Positions 34,501-46,200 of a stretch of DNA of 64,000 bases are shown here, one piece after another. Under the pieces are notes generated by a model. It was not told where the DNA came from, did no database searches, and saw nothing but the letters and a program-made list of their open reading frames with translations. Both the position numbers and the translations under genes were made by a program. Positions within the stretch are counted from its first letter, which is position 1. Every line of letters begins with the position of its first letter. The stretch covers positions 310,001 through 374,000 of the forward strand of contig QPMI01000428.1 of the NCBI GenBank assembly GCA_004431415.1. Direction: 5' to 3'. This stretch comes from Cyanophora paradoxa CCMP329. Taxonomy: Eukaryota > Plantae > Glaucophyta.

Positions 34501-37500
34501 CGGTCCCCGTACCCCCTGCGCGCCCGACGTTCTTGCACACAGGTCCTGACCGCCGAGATGACGGGCCACATCCGTGCGAGCAACGCCGGCCCCGCGGGGT
34601 CGGGCAGCGGGCGCCGGGGTGGGCCCGGGCCGGCAGACTCGGCTGGGCGGGCCGGCGGAGCCGCCGCCTCGTCCCAGGTCTCCATACTCATGGGCGGGGG
34701 CGGCGGGGCTGGGAGCAAGGCGACGCCGGCGCCCTCGCGGCGGGGCAGCTGGTCGGACTGGCGCGGCCTCGGGCGGCGCCTTCGGGAGAGCCTGCCCCGG
34801 CCGGCCTCGAAGGCCCCACGGAAGGAGGAGGAGGAAGAGGAGGAGGAGGAGGAGCTGCCGGAGCCGGACTACGGGAGCCCGGCCTCGACGACGCGCTCGG
34901 GCTCGGCCCGCTACGCCCTCGCCGAGCTCTCCCGCTTCCAGGCGAGCCGCCCGGGCTACGCGAGGGCCGCCCGGGGCTGACGGGCGCCCCGGGGGCAGCC
35001 GGTGGTGCGGGACATCCGGCGGGGCTTCCTCTCCTTCAGCGACGTCGTCTCGCGCGAGGCGGCGGCGCGCATGGAGCTGCGGATACGCGCCGAGAGCTCC
35101 CACAAGTTCCTCCAGACCGTCTCCCACGAGATGCGGTCCGCCCCCTCTTCTTCTTCCCTCTCCTCTGCCCCTCCGTTCGCTCGCTCCGCTGACTCGCCTG
35201 TCTCTTCTCTCTCCGCGGCGCCCCTCCGCAGGACGCCGCTCGTGCGCCGCGGCCCTCGCTCCCGCCCCTCGCCTCTCACCGCCGCCGCTGACGCTCCCCG
35301 CCCGCCCGCCCTCTCGCTGCAATCAGAACGGGATCATGGGTGCGCGGGTCGGGCCAGCTGCGGGGGCGCGAACCCCCCTCCTGACGGCCCCCGCGGCAGG
35401 GATGATCGACCTGACGCTGGACCTCGAGATCCCGCCCGAGGCGCAGGAGAACCTGCAGGTCCGTGCTGGCTGGCGCGGCGCGCTGCAGGAGAACTATGCG
35501 GCCTGGCTTGGCCTGGCCCGGCCCGGCGCCTTCCCGCCTCTGAGACCCGCTCGCTCGCCTCGGCCCGCCCGCCCGCAGAGCGCCCTCCGCTGCTCCGAGC
35601 ACCTCCTCTTCCTCGTCAACGACATCCTCGACTTCCAGGTCCCCGCGCGTGCCCCCCTCGCTCCCACCCCTCCTGACCGGCCCGGGCCCCTCGTCTTTCG
35701 GCGCAGCGGATCGAGGCGGGGCAGCTGGAGCTGCGGCGGGTGCCCTTCTGCGTGGACGACGTCGTCGAGGGCGCCGCCCGCATCACCCAGCTCAAGGCGC
35801 CCGCCCCCCGCCCCGGCCCAGGCCGCCCTCTGACGCCCCGCACCCGCTGGCCCGTGCAGGCACAAGAGAAGGGCCTCTTGATGGAGGTCGAGATCGACGC
35901 GGCGATCCCCGCCGCGCTCGAGGGCGACCCCGACAGGCTCCGCCGTGCGCCCCCGTACCCCCCCGCGGGGCCTCCCCCCGCCCCCCTCCCGCCTTCCCCC
36001 CGCCGACGGTGCCCCGCGATTCGGCAGAGGCGCTCATCAACCTCGTCAACAACGCGTGGTACCCCCAGTTTCCCGCTTCCTCCCCCCCTCACCCGCCCGG
36101 TTTGATCTTCGTACCCCGCAGCAAGTACAGCTTCCAGGGTACCATCAGGGCGCGCCAGTTCCCCTCCCCGTCCACCCCTCCCCCGCCCCCTCCTCTCACG
36201 TACCCCCCGCAGGTCACCGTCCGCGCCGAGCCGCCGCCCGGGGGCGACACCCCGGGTACGTTGACGCTGTACTTCGAGGTCTCGGACGAGGGTGCGTGGG
36301 GTACCCCCCTGATGGGCGCGTACCCCCGCCACGGCCGAGCGGGGCGGGCGCGCAGGCGTCGGGATCGACGAGGAGGGGCAGCGGCAGCTCTTCACGCGCT
36401 TTTACCGCGCGCCGCTGGAGCTCGGCGGCCGCCCCGACCCGGGGGGTACCGGCCTGGGCCTCGCGATCACGAAGCAGATCGTGGAGCAATCCGGGGGTAC
36501 CATCGGCTGCCGCTCGGCCCCGGGGGCGGGCTCCCGGTTCTTCTTCTCGGTGCCCTTCCGCATCCGTGCGCGCGCCCCGCGACCCTCGGCCGCCCCTTTT
36601 GAGCCCCTTCCGACCGGCTCCGCAGCGCCGCCGAACTCTGGGGAGCCGTTAGTGCGGCGGTCACGGCAGGGGAGCGTCACGTCGTCCCACTTGCTGCCGC
36701 CGCAGAGCCGCCGCGGCAGCTTCGGTGAGGCGCGCCATCCCAGCAGCTCCATCGGCGCGCTGTCCGTCCCCTCTGCGGGCTCTGGCGGCGGCGTCGGAGG
36801 CCTCGCTGGCCTCTCTGGCGGGCTGGGGCTGCCCTCGCCGGTCACCCGCTCGTCGGCCGCCGCCGCCGCCGGGGCCGGGGCAGGGGCCGGCGCCCGCGGC
36901 TCGGGCGGCAGGCCCCACGGGCTTCAACGCACTTTCTCCGGCAGGCACTCGCCTGGGACCCTCGCCCTCGCCGGCGCCGGCGCGCGCTTCGTCTCCTCCC
37001 CCCACGGGGTGGGCTTCGTCGCCGTGGCTCACGCGGACGACGGGGCCGGCGGCGGCGGCGGCGGCGGCGCCGGCCCATCCTCTCCTTCGCTCCTGGCCGC
37101 GCCGCCCCTTCTCTTCCTCCCTCCTCCCGGGCCCACCGCTAGCCATAGCCCTCGGCTTCAAATTGCTTTGGACGCTCCACCGCACCGCCGCCGCCGCTCA
37201 GACCCATCGCCGCGGCACGCGCCGCCCGGCGGCGCTGCGCGGGGGGGCCGCCGCCGCTCCGACCCGCCCCCAGGCCATGCCGCGCCGCCGACGGCAGCAG
37301 ACGGTGCGGGTTCTGATACGCGGCAAACGTTCTCCGTGGGTCTACGCGTGACGCGGCCGCAGGGGACGCGGCGAGCAGCGGAGACACGGCGAGCGCCTGC
37401 GACGCCGAAGAAGACATGGAGGGGCACAGCGGGCTCCACTCCCCGGTATCTCCTCGCGCCCCAAATCTAAACACCCGGGCTTCTTCTTTGACGCCCATGT

Positions 37501-39850
37501 TTCAGGCGGCCGAGGCCGACGCGCAGCCGCGCGGCGCCGCGCGCCTGTCGTCACTACTCGAAGCTGAGGCTGAGTCAGCGACTGCGGACGCGAGCAACGG
37601 CGGCGGCGGCGGCGAGGACGGCGGCGGCGGAGAGCAGCCTGCGACGCGCCTGAAGCTCGAGGCGCCCACGGAATCGGACCAGCGGGGGTCGCGCCGGCCC
37701 TCGCGCGCCTCCATTCGCTCCGACGATTCCTTCGTTCCGCTCGCGGCCGCCGCCGGCGCCTCCCCGGCGCCCGCGCGGTCGCGCCACGGATCCTTCAGCT
37801 CCGCCGCGTCAGCGGCGGCGCCGGCCGCGGCGCCGCTGCAGATCCTCGTCGTCGACGACAACGACGTGCGCCCCGCCCGCCGCCCGCCGCCCGCCGCGCC
37901 CCGCGCCGCGCCGCGCGGGCCGAGCGCGGGGCGGCGGCAGATGAACCGGAAGGTCCTCTGCGCGTTCCTCGCCAAGGAGGGCCACGCGACGGCCACCGCG
38001 CGGGACGGCGAGGAGGCCGTCGCCGCCTTCGAGGCGCGGGCGCGGGAGGTGGGGCGGGCGGGGGCGGGCGGACGGCGTTCGACCTGGTCTTCATGGACAT
38101 CGCGATGCCGCGGATGGACGGGATGGAGGCCACGCGCCGCATCCGCGAGCTCGAGCGCGCCCTTGGCCTCGGGCCCGCCGCCCGCACCCCCGTCGTCGGT
38201 CCGCCCGCGTCTCCCCGCTCCTCGCGCCGCGCGCCGCTGACGGCGGCGGGCAGCGTGCACGGCGTTCACGGCGGAGGCGGACCGGGCGGCGGCGCTGGCG
38301 GCGGGGATGGACGGGCACATCGGGAAGCCCGTCACGCGCGCCGTCCTCCTCCCCGTCCTCCGCCAGTGGGGCGCCCCCGCCCCCGCCCCCGCCGCAGCGG
38401 AGGCCGGGCCCGGGCAGGCGGCTCCGCCCCCGGCGGCGAGCGGCGAGCGCAGCCCGCGGCCGCCTGCGGCGGAGGACGGCGGGCCGCAGCCGGTGCCGGC
38501 GCCGGCGGCCCCGTCGCTGAACGCGGCGCGAGCGGGCGAACCGTCGCCGCAGCGAGCCCCGGTCTCCGCCTCCCGCCCCGCCGGCGCGCCCGCGGGTCTG
38601 GAGGAAGGCACCGCGTGGGGGTACCCCTCCGGCCTCCTGCATGCTCCGAGCGCGGGCGGCCCCTCGCGCCGGGCCTCCGTCGCCTCGTCCGTCGCCTCGG
38701 CGGCCTCCGAGGGCGCGGAGGGCTCGACCGGTGATTTGGGCGACGCCGCCGCCGGTGCGCGGAAGACCCGATCGCTGCGCGTCCTCGGCTCCGACGCCGG
38801 CGCCTCCCCGGCGCCCCCGCGGTCGCGCCACGGATCCTTCAGCTCCGCCGCGTCAGCGGCGGCGCCGGCCGCGGCGCCGCTGCAGATCCTCGTCGTCGAC
38901 GACAACGACGTGCGCCCCGCCCGCCGCCCGCCGCCCGCCGCGCCCGCGCCGCGCCGCGCGGGCCGAGCGCGGGGCGGCGGCAGATGAACCGGAAGGTCCT
39001 CTGCGCGTTCCTCGCCAAGGAGGGCCACGCGACGGCCACCGCGCGGGACGGCGAGGAGGCCGTCGCCGCCTTCGAGGCGCGCGCGCGGGCGGCGGCGGCC
39101 GGCGGCGGGGTACGGGCGGCCTTCGACCTGGTCTTCATGGACATCGCGATGCCGCGGATGGACGGGATGGAGGCCACGCGCCGCATCCGCGAGCTCGAGC
39201 GCGCCCTCGGCCTCGGCCCCGTCGCCCGCACCCCCGTCGTCGGTCCGCCCGCCCCGCCCGCCCGCCCCCGCGCCGCCGCTGACGGCGGCGGGCGGCGGGC
39301 AGCGTGCACGGCGTTCACGGCGGAGGCGGACCGGGCGGCGGCGCTGGCGGCGGGGATGGACGGGCACATCGGGAAGCCCGTCACGCGCGCCGTCCTCCTC
39401 CCCGTCCTCCGCCAGTGGGGCGCCCCCGCCCCGTCCCTCGCAACGGAGGCCGGGCCCGGGAAGGTGGCCCCGCCCCCAGCGGCGAGCGGCGAGCGGAGCC
39501 CGCGGGCAGGCGCGGCAGCAGCAGCTCTGGGCCCAGCCGCAGCGCCGGCCGCCCTCCCGTCTGTCCACGAGGCGGCAGAAGAGCCGTCCCCGGCACCTCT
39601 CGAAGTTGGGCACACGGCAGCCGCCCCTCCTCCGGGCTCTCTCCTGGCGCCGCCGGCGGCCCCGCGGGCCCGCCGCGCCTCCTTTGCCGTCGTCCCCGTC
39701 CCCTCAACGACCGGTGACGCCTCCGAGGGGGCCAAGCAGCGGCCGTGGTCCCTGGACGCTTTCGAGCTGGTACCCCCCGCCGACAACGCCCCCGGGGCCC
39801 CGCAGCTGTTGCCGTTGTCCTCCGCCTCCACCGCGTCCGGATCCGCTTGA
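31521..39850 (+). CDS. Membrane-bound hybrid sensor histidine kinase, paralogue B (same architecture as A, inverted)
   Basis: MERTPTYSAAEC.. start, with the same H/N/G1/G2 boxes and two receiver domains; largely the reverse complement of 22062-30276, introns included. Confidence 0.93.
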
Positions 39851-40809
39851 TTTACAATGCCTGTCGAGCGCTAGCTCAAGTCTTCTTTATGCTTCCGGCA
39901 ATCTTTTATGCCTTTCTTTCAATTCGATTAGAGATTTTGCACAGTGTACATGTTGTTGCGAGTTTCAATCACCGGCATTTCTCAGCCGCTTTTTCTAGCG
40001 TCGACGTCTTTGCAATTGTACCTTTTTGTTGCTAATGGACGGTAGTGTGTGCAGCAGATCTATACATACGTATGTACATGCACGGATTAATTCAATGCAT
40101 GCGTGCACGTGCACCTTCGAATTCTCCATTTCTGGGCGCGCGCGCGGCGATTGCCATGCCCCTGGGCTGAATTTAGATCTGTCACTCTGCTGCGCATGCT
40201 GACCAGTTCCTGCGCCGCGCCGCAGCGCTAGCATGCGCGCGCAGCTAGCGCTAGCGCTGATATCATCGATATCGATCAATTTAGGCGGCCTGCGGGGGTA
40301 CAGCAGAACCAACCCGTAGCTGGCAGGCGCCGCCGGCAAGCGCCAGCCTGGCAGGCGGCGGGCGCCGGCGCATGTCTGCTGTGCGGCTCCTCTGCCAACA
40401 TGTGCGTACTACGCCGTGCATTATGGCCCGCGCGCGCGCGCCGCATGCGCATGCGCGCACCGTCGACGTCCGGCGCCCGGCGCTAGAAGCCTAGAACGCG
40501 CCCAAGACATCGACATCGATTACAAATGACTGAGGCCTTTACTAAGCCGAGCTGCTCCGACTCTAGATCTGCGCCGCATGATCTCTGTTCATATGCATCC
40601 ACCGCGCGTCCGACCGTCAGACGCTATGAGAGCGCGTGCGTGCTCGCCTTTCGTACCCTGATCGGGAACGTGCAGGTCGGGTGCGGCGTCATCGTTCACG
40701 CGCGCCGCTAGCGGCCGGGGCGGCACCCCCGGCCCGGCCCGGCCCGCGCATGGACATATGCATGACTTCGAATTCGCAGCGGTCGCTGATGCATCGCCTG
40801 CCTTCGCGC

Positions 40810-41356
40810 AGCGAACGTCGCGCTCCGCAAGCAGAGTTCCAGGCAGGAGCTCTGCAGGAACGGCGACATCAAGCCCAAGGTAGCTAGCCGGCTGGCTAGC
40901 TTTGCTGCTCTGACCTGCGCTGACGTCGACCGATCTGCGCACGTACACGCAGGTCTACGCCATCCGTCTGCTCGGTGCGCCGCGCCGCGCCATATATCGG
41001 TACCCCCCACCCCTCCCCGAGACGCCCCTGACGCACGCGGCGGCCGTGCGCGTGCGCAGCGAACCGAAGCATGTGCTGGAAGTGGTGGCCCGGGTCCACA
41101 AGGCTCGAGGTCCGGTGCCCCGAACCCGTCCCGCCGTGCCAGGCACGCCGGGCCGGCCAGGGCCCCTCCCGCCCCTTCCCAACCCCCCAACACCCTATCC
41201 CCGCTCGCCCTCTCCTCTCCGGGGGATCCTACGCCCCGACCCGGCCGTGCCAGGCCGCCGAGCCGACCAGGGACCCTTTAGCTTCCTCCTCCGGGTTGCC
41301 CCTTTTAATCAATTATAAGCGTGGCTTCCTCCCAAGTCCCCTTCCGAAGCCACCCT

Positions 41357-41388
<32 letters not shown>

Positions 41389-42772
41389 ACCCGCGCACCG
41401 CCGAGGCCTCGGGGCGGGGCGGGGCCGCCGGGCGGTGCGGTCCTCGGGCCTCTATCCCCCTCTCGCCTTCTTCGCTCCCTCCGCACCCCGCACCCCTCCC
41501 TCAACCCCCCCCCCCCCCCCCATCCCGCGCAAGGCCTCTCTTCTCAACTCCCCCCCCCCTCCTCCGCCCCTTCCCCCGCGCACTTCGCCCAACCGACGGG
41601 CGCGGGGGCGGCAGGTCACCGACGACTGCAAGAGCCTGGACGACCCCCGCACGCACTTTGCCTTCGACACGAGCATGCGCATCCACTCCGCTGTGTGCGC
41701 CCCGCCCCGCGCTGGAGCCCATCCGCATCCCCCGCTTCTAGCCGCCGCCTCTAGATTCTGCCGCGCCCGCGCCGGCGAGGGATTCGCCGCCCCGCCCCAC
41801 CCACCCCGCCCCGCCCCGCCTCGAGACCTCGGGGGTCCGCGGTTCGCTCTCTCACGCCGCCATCGTCCGCCGCAGGAACGCGAAGGAGTACGGGTACGCG
41901 TCCCGCAGCTCCAGCCTTAGCTCGGCCGCCGAGCGCCGCTCGCGATCACGAACGCGACGCCAGCGGCCCCCAAATGACCCGCGGCGCCCCGGGTCCGGGC
42001 CCCGGCCCTTGCGCGGCCCCGCAGGATGTGCGTGGACCTCTCCTCCGCCAAGTACAAGACCGGCGACATCGTCAAAGGCGGTGCTCCGAAATTCCCCGCC
42101 CCGCCCCGCCCCGCCCCGTCGCCGGGCGTCGAGCGGGCGGCCCGGCGGGCAGCGCCGTGCGGGGAGCAGCCGACGCAAAAGTTCCTCCCCAACCTCAACG
42201 TCTTCCGCAAGACCTTCCCCGGCTGCCCGGGGGGTACCGCCAAGCCGTGCGCCGCTCCCCGTGCTGGGCCGGGGCTGTACTGTACCCCTCCACCTCCGCC
42301 TCCCCGGCCTCGCGTCGACGTCAAAGCCGCCCGCAGGATCAAGTATTACCCGTCGGCCTACGGGCGGATCCTGCTCCTGAACAGCCTCACGAAGTGCATC
42401 GGGGTAGAGGGCAGCTCAGGTGAGTTCGAGGGTACCCACAACCTCGCGGTCGACGAGTGCTCCCCCGACCTCAAGGATCAGGTCCCGTACCCCCCCCCTT
42501 GGATCTCCCCCCCGGCCCCTTTCCGAGGAGCTCTCATTGTCCAGGAGTGGTAGCTGGTGCCCGTACCCCCCAAGACTCTCAAGTACCGTCACGCGGACGA
42601 CTCGGCGCTCGAGTTCGAGGAGGGGAACATGGTGTGGGGGGTACAGGGAACGGAGGGCGCCCTCGAAATCGAGGGGGACGGCACGGCGGGGGCGGGCGGG
42701 GAGGGGTACGGAGAGGGCTACCCTGCCCTCGCCCTCGCGTTTCTTCCAGACGACTTTTCGAATTTGAAATAG
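40810..42772 (+). CDS. Ricin-B (R-type) lectin beta-trefoil protein, with an in-frame TAG near the end
   Basis: Spliced: VYAIRLL-ANRSMCWKW..-VTDDCKSLDDPRTHFAF..-MCVDLSSAKYKTGDIVKG-APCGEQPTQKF..-GRILLLNSLTKCIGVEG..LAVDECSPDLKDQ-EW: three C..C..QxW-type subdomains. The 5' exons (possibly from ~40530) are unresolved. Confidence 0.65.
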
Positions 42773-43210
42773 ATTCGATCGCGAGCTCCTCGTTCCAATA
42801 GATATAAATTAGTAAATAGTACTGTGGGTTATAGCGCTAATCTTCTGCCCCCTGGCCCGACAACTCTACATAAAAAAACCCAATACAGATAACAATATTA
42901 ATACAGTAGTCCTCTTACTGTTGAAGGCAAGACTAGTACTGTAGACTCGTTGTTTCGTATCTTGCGGCTGCATGCGCAGTATTGATTACATGAATATTAT
43001 GCAGAAGCGCCTATATATGCGCGCTGCAAATTTGGGAGCCCGCGCGCTGTCCTACTTGTAATTTCCCTCCAGATTGTAATCAAATTACACGTACACATAA
43101 TATCGTCCTAAATTAAATTTTCTTCCTACTTTGTCCTTACGCAGAGCTTATGCATGCGCGTCTTTGCGAGACACAGCCTGGCAGAGCCTGCAAAATGCCA
43201 CTCGTGTTCA

Positions 43211-46200
43211 TTACAGGTCATGATCGACGCCATTCAGCCGCGCCCACTCGAGCGTCACAGAAGGCACGAGGTCGGACAGCTGCTGGCCGCTCCGCCTCGC
43301 CAGGGCGGCGAGGACTTTCAAATTGGTGCGGAGGGACGCCTTCACCTCCTCCAGCGGGGCTCCCGCCTTGACGTGCTGGCGGGGGTCCCACGGGTCCCGC
43401 CAGTTCGCTGCGATCGCGAGCGTCAGCGTTCGGGCGTCATCGTAAGAACAAATGTTCAAATTTAATTGAGCAGGCACACCCCACTGCAGCGGAGGACGAA
43501 GACAAGACGTGAACGACGGGCTCGTTAGTAAGAACGCGGATATTCAAACACTGACACGACGTCTACCGCGGCGCACCTTCGAGTGGACGAGCAGGGCCGC
43601 CGGGTGGCGGGCGAGGATCTCCCAAGGGCGGTAGGGGAAGATGCAGTGGTTCAGAACGAAGGTCGAGTACTGCAGGCGGTGCTGCGAATTCGAAGAGCGC
43701 CCATTCAGTACAGATTAAAATTAGATAGAAATTCAAATAAACGATCTGCTGGATCGATATATATCTCATTATGATCAATCACCAGCATAGTCTGGGCGAC
43801 GGGCCAGTTCGCGGGGTCGCGCGAGAACTGGTAGACGGAGTGGTCGAAGCCGCCGTTGCCGCCGGAGCAGCCCCGGGTGCGGACATGGCCGGCGGGGCCG
43901 TAGAAGCCGCGGACGCGCTGGAGGTAGTCCTTGAAGCCGATGTCCGAGGCGGCGTACATCGCGTTGCCTGATAGAGAAAATTCGCTCATGGTCAGCAACA
44001 ATCGAGCGCACGATTTACTTTCCATTATTATTGAATATCTCTGGATAAAAGATCCGATTGCGATCAATATTATTAAGATTAATCTTGCGCGCATGGGCAC
44101 CGTTGATGTGGAAGTCGGACTGGGCGTAGGGGCCGGAGCACTGCGAGACGCTCCCCTTGACCCAGAAGCCCCCCTCCCGGCTCTCCTGCGCGCCGCGCGC
44201 TCGCGTGTTAGCGTTATTCTCAGGCATCATTTCAACGTCTTAGATTCGCACCTTGATCAGGCCGTCGAGCCAGTTCCGGCGAAGGGGGCGCACGTCGGGC
44301 TGCGTCGTTCGGCACTTATTAGCCGCTTTGCAAATTGTGCACGGAGAAATTAAAAACATTAAATGAACATCATTCGTTAACGTTAATGATTCTATTTAGC
44401 TATAGGCGCTTTGTAGACGGAGACGGAGTTTAAAGCTTTAATCTCAGATGGACCTCGGAGCTTTAAAGCTTGAAGCTTAAATTAAAGCTTAAAGCTAAGA
44501 TTAGGTGCCGGCGCTCCGTACACTGAGCTTTGAAATCAGACGGACCTCCATGAGGAAGACGGACTCGTACGAGGCGAGCGCCGGAGTCTCAAACATATGG
44601 TAGAATTGGATGCACGTCCCTGATTATATATAAAGGGCGCGGGACAGCCGTCAATGCGAAGCCGAGGAAGCTGTGGGCCGCAGCAGAGGCGGCGGCAGAC
44701 CATCTGGGTGCGCTGCGCCAATCGCAAGCATCGGATTGCGCAGACGGATCGCGGATGGGATTTTAAAGCGAAACTCCAACAACGAGTGTCTTACAGTCGA
44801 GGTGCGGGGGGATGTTCCTCCAGATGAAGCGGATGTCTCTGAAGCACGCCCGGGCGTCCGAAGGGATGGACTCCAGGAGTTGGCGGCGGGTCTTCTGCGA
44901 CGGGGACAGGTCCGAATTGAAGTAGAAAACCTGCGACATTACGAAGAACGAACGGCGTGACTTTCAATTTGAATATGGGTCGATCAAACACATATAAAAG
45001 CCTTGGTTTTAAGGCCTCGTGTAAGATAAAGGTCTTCAACATCACGAACGAGCAGCGTTACGTTCTACTTAAATTTGGGTCAATTTTAGCATAAAGGCCA
45101 CACATATAGAGTGGGTCACATATAGATATATAATATAAATTTGAAAGCATCTACCAAGTCGGCGTCCAGATTCGTGGAGGAGCACGGGAACTTTTTGTCT
45201 GTATTTGGGTAGCCTAGTAGTAGATTCGATATAATAAAGGTCCTTATAATAGGTTTTATCATGGAATATACTAAGATCCTCATAGAATATAATAAAGGCG
45301 CCTACCAAGTCGGCCTCCAGATTCGTGGAGGAGCATGGGAACGCGAAATTGTCCTTCCACGTCCCCTGCGCCCACGACAGCAGGGCGACCTGACGAGGGC
45401 GTTTAAATACTCTCAGATTAGAATTTTAGATCATAAAGGCGCGGCTTGCCTGGTCCTTCACGAACGGCCTGACGACCGCCAGCTGGCGCTTCTGACGGGG
45501 AACAATTGGGGTCTCCCAGGTGCACATGGGCGCTGCTTGTGTGGGTTTCGAGCTTTGTTCGGAGGCAAGGGCATCTTCGCTCTCAGATGCGGCGTAATCC
45601 GCCGATTCGAATTCTCCCCTTGACTGGCACCGAGAAATCCCGAGTTCGAGGCTGACGCTTGCGCTCGATCGCGAGTTCGGATCCCGAGATTCGAGCTCGA
45701 AGGCGATGACCGATCCCGCCTGGACACGAATAATTGCGTTCAGGTCCGCATCGAAATCTGAAAGCCGATCCAGACCGCATTTAGTCAGCATACATTTAAA
45801 TTTTCAAGAAGACCAGCTGACCCGCAGCTGGGTCCGTCTCGCCACTCTGCAGGAGCCGCATCGAATCTGTAGAAGGAGCGCGCCGCGTTCCGGCGCCGGC
45901 GCCGGCGCCGGCGAACAGCCTCCAGACGCCTCGAGCTCCTTTTTCGCCTTTTACCGACCCGCTGACCCGGTACAGGCCGCTGTCCAAGTCGATGGGCACG
46001 TGATAGAGAATGACGGCCCTGCACTGCGCCGAGGCCACCATCTGCGCGCAGTGTCACTGATCATGAATGAAGCCAGGAATACGTAGGGATAATATTTCGC
46101 CGTCGGTTGTTGAAGTAACTGGTGCATTCGCACCTGGCTACGTACGGGAGTCTGCAGGAAATTGGGGGCTTTGATGACCACGCCATACCGCGACCCATCC

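Noticed and set aside
38030-38090. Frameshifts inactivating receiver domains and kelch repeats
   Set aside because: The ones examined lie in or next to G/C homopolymer runs and differ between near-identical copies, so sequencing error is more likely; not called pseudogenes without read data.
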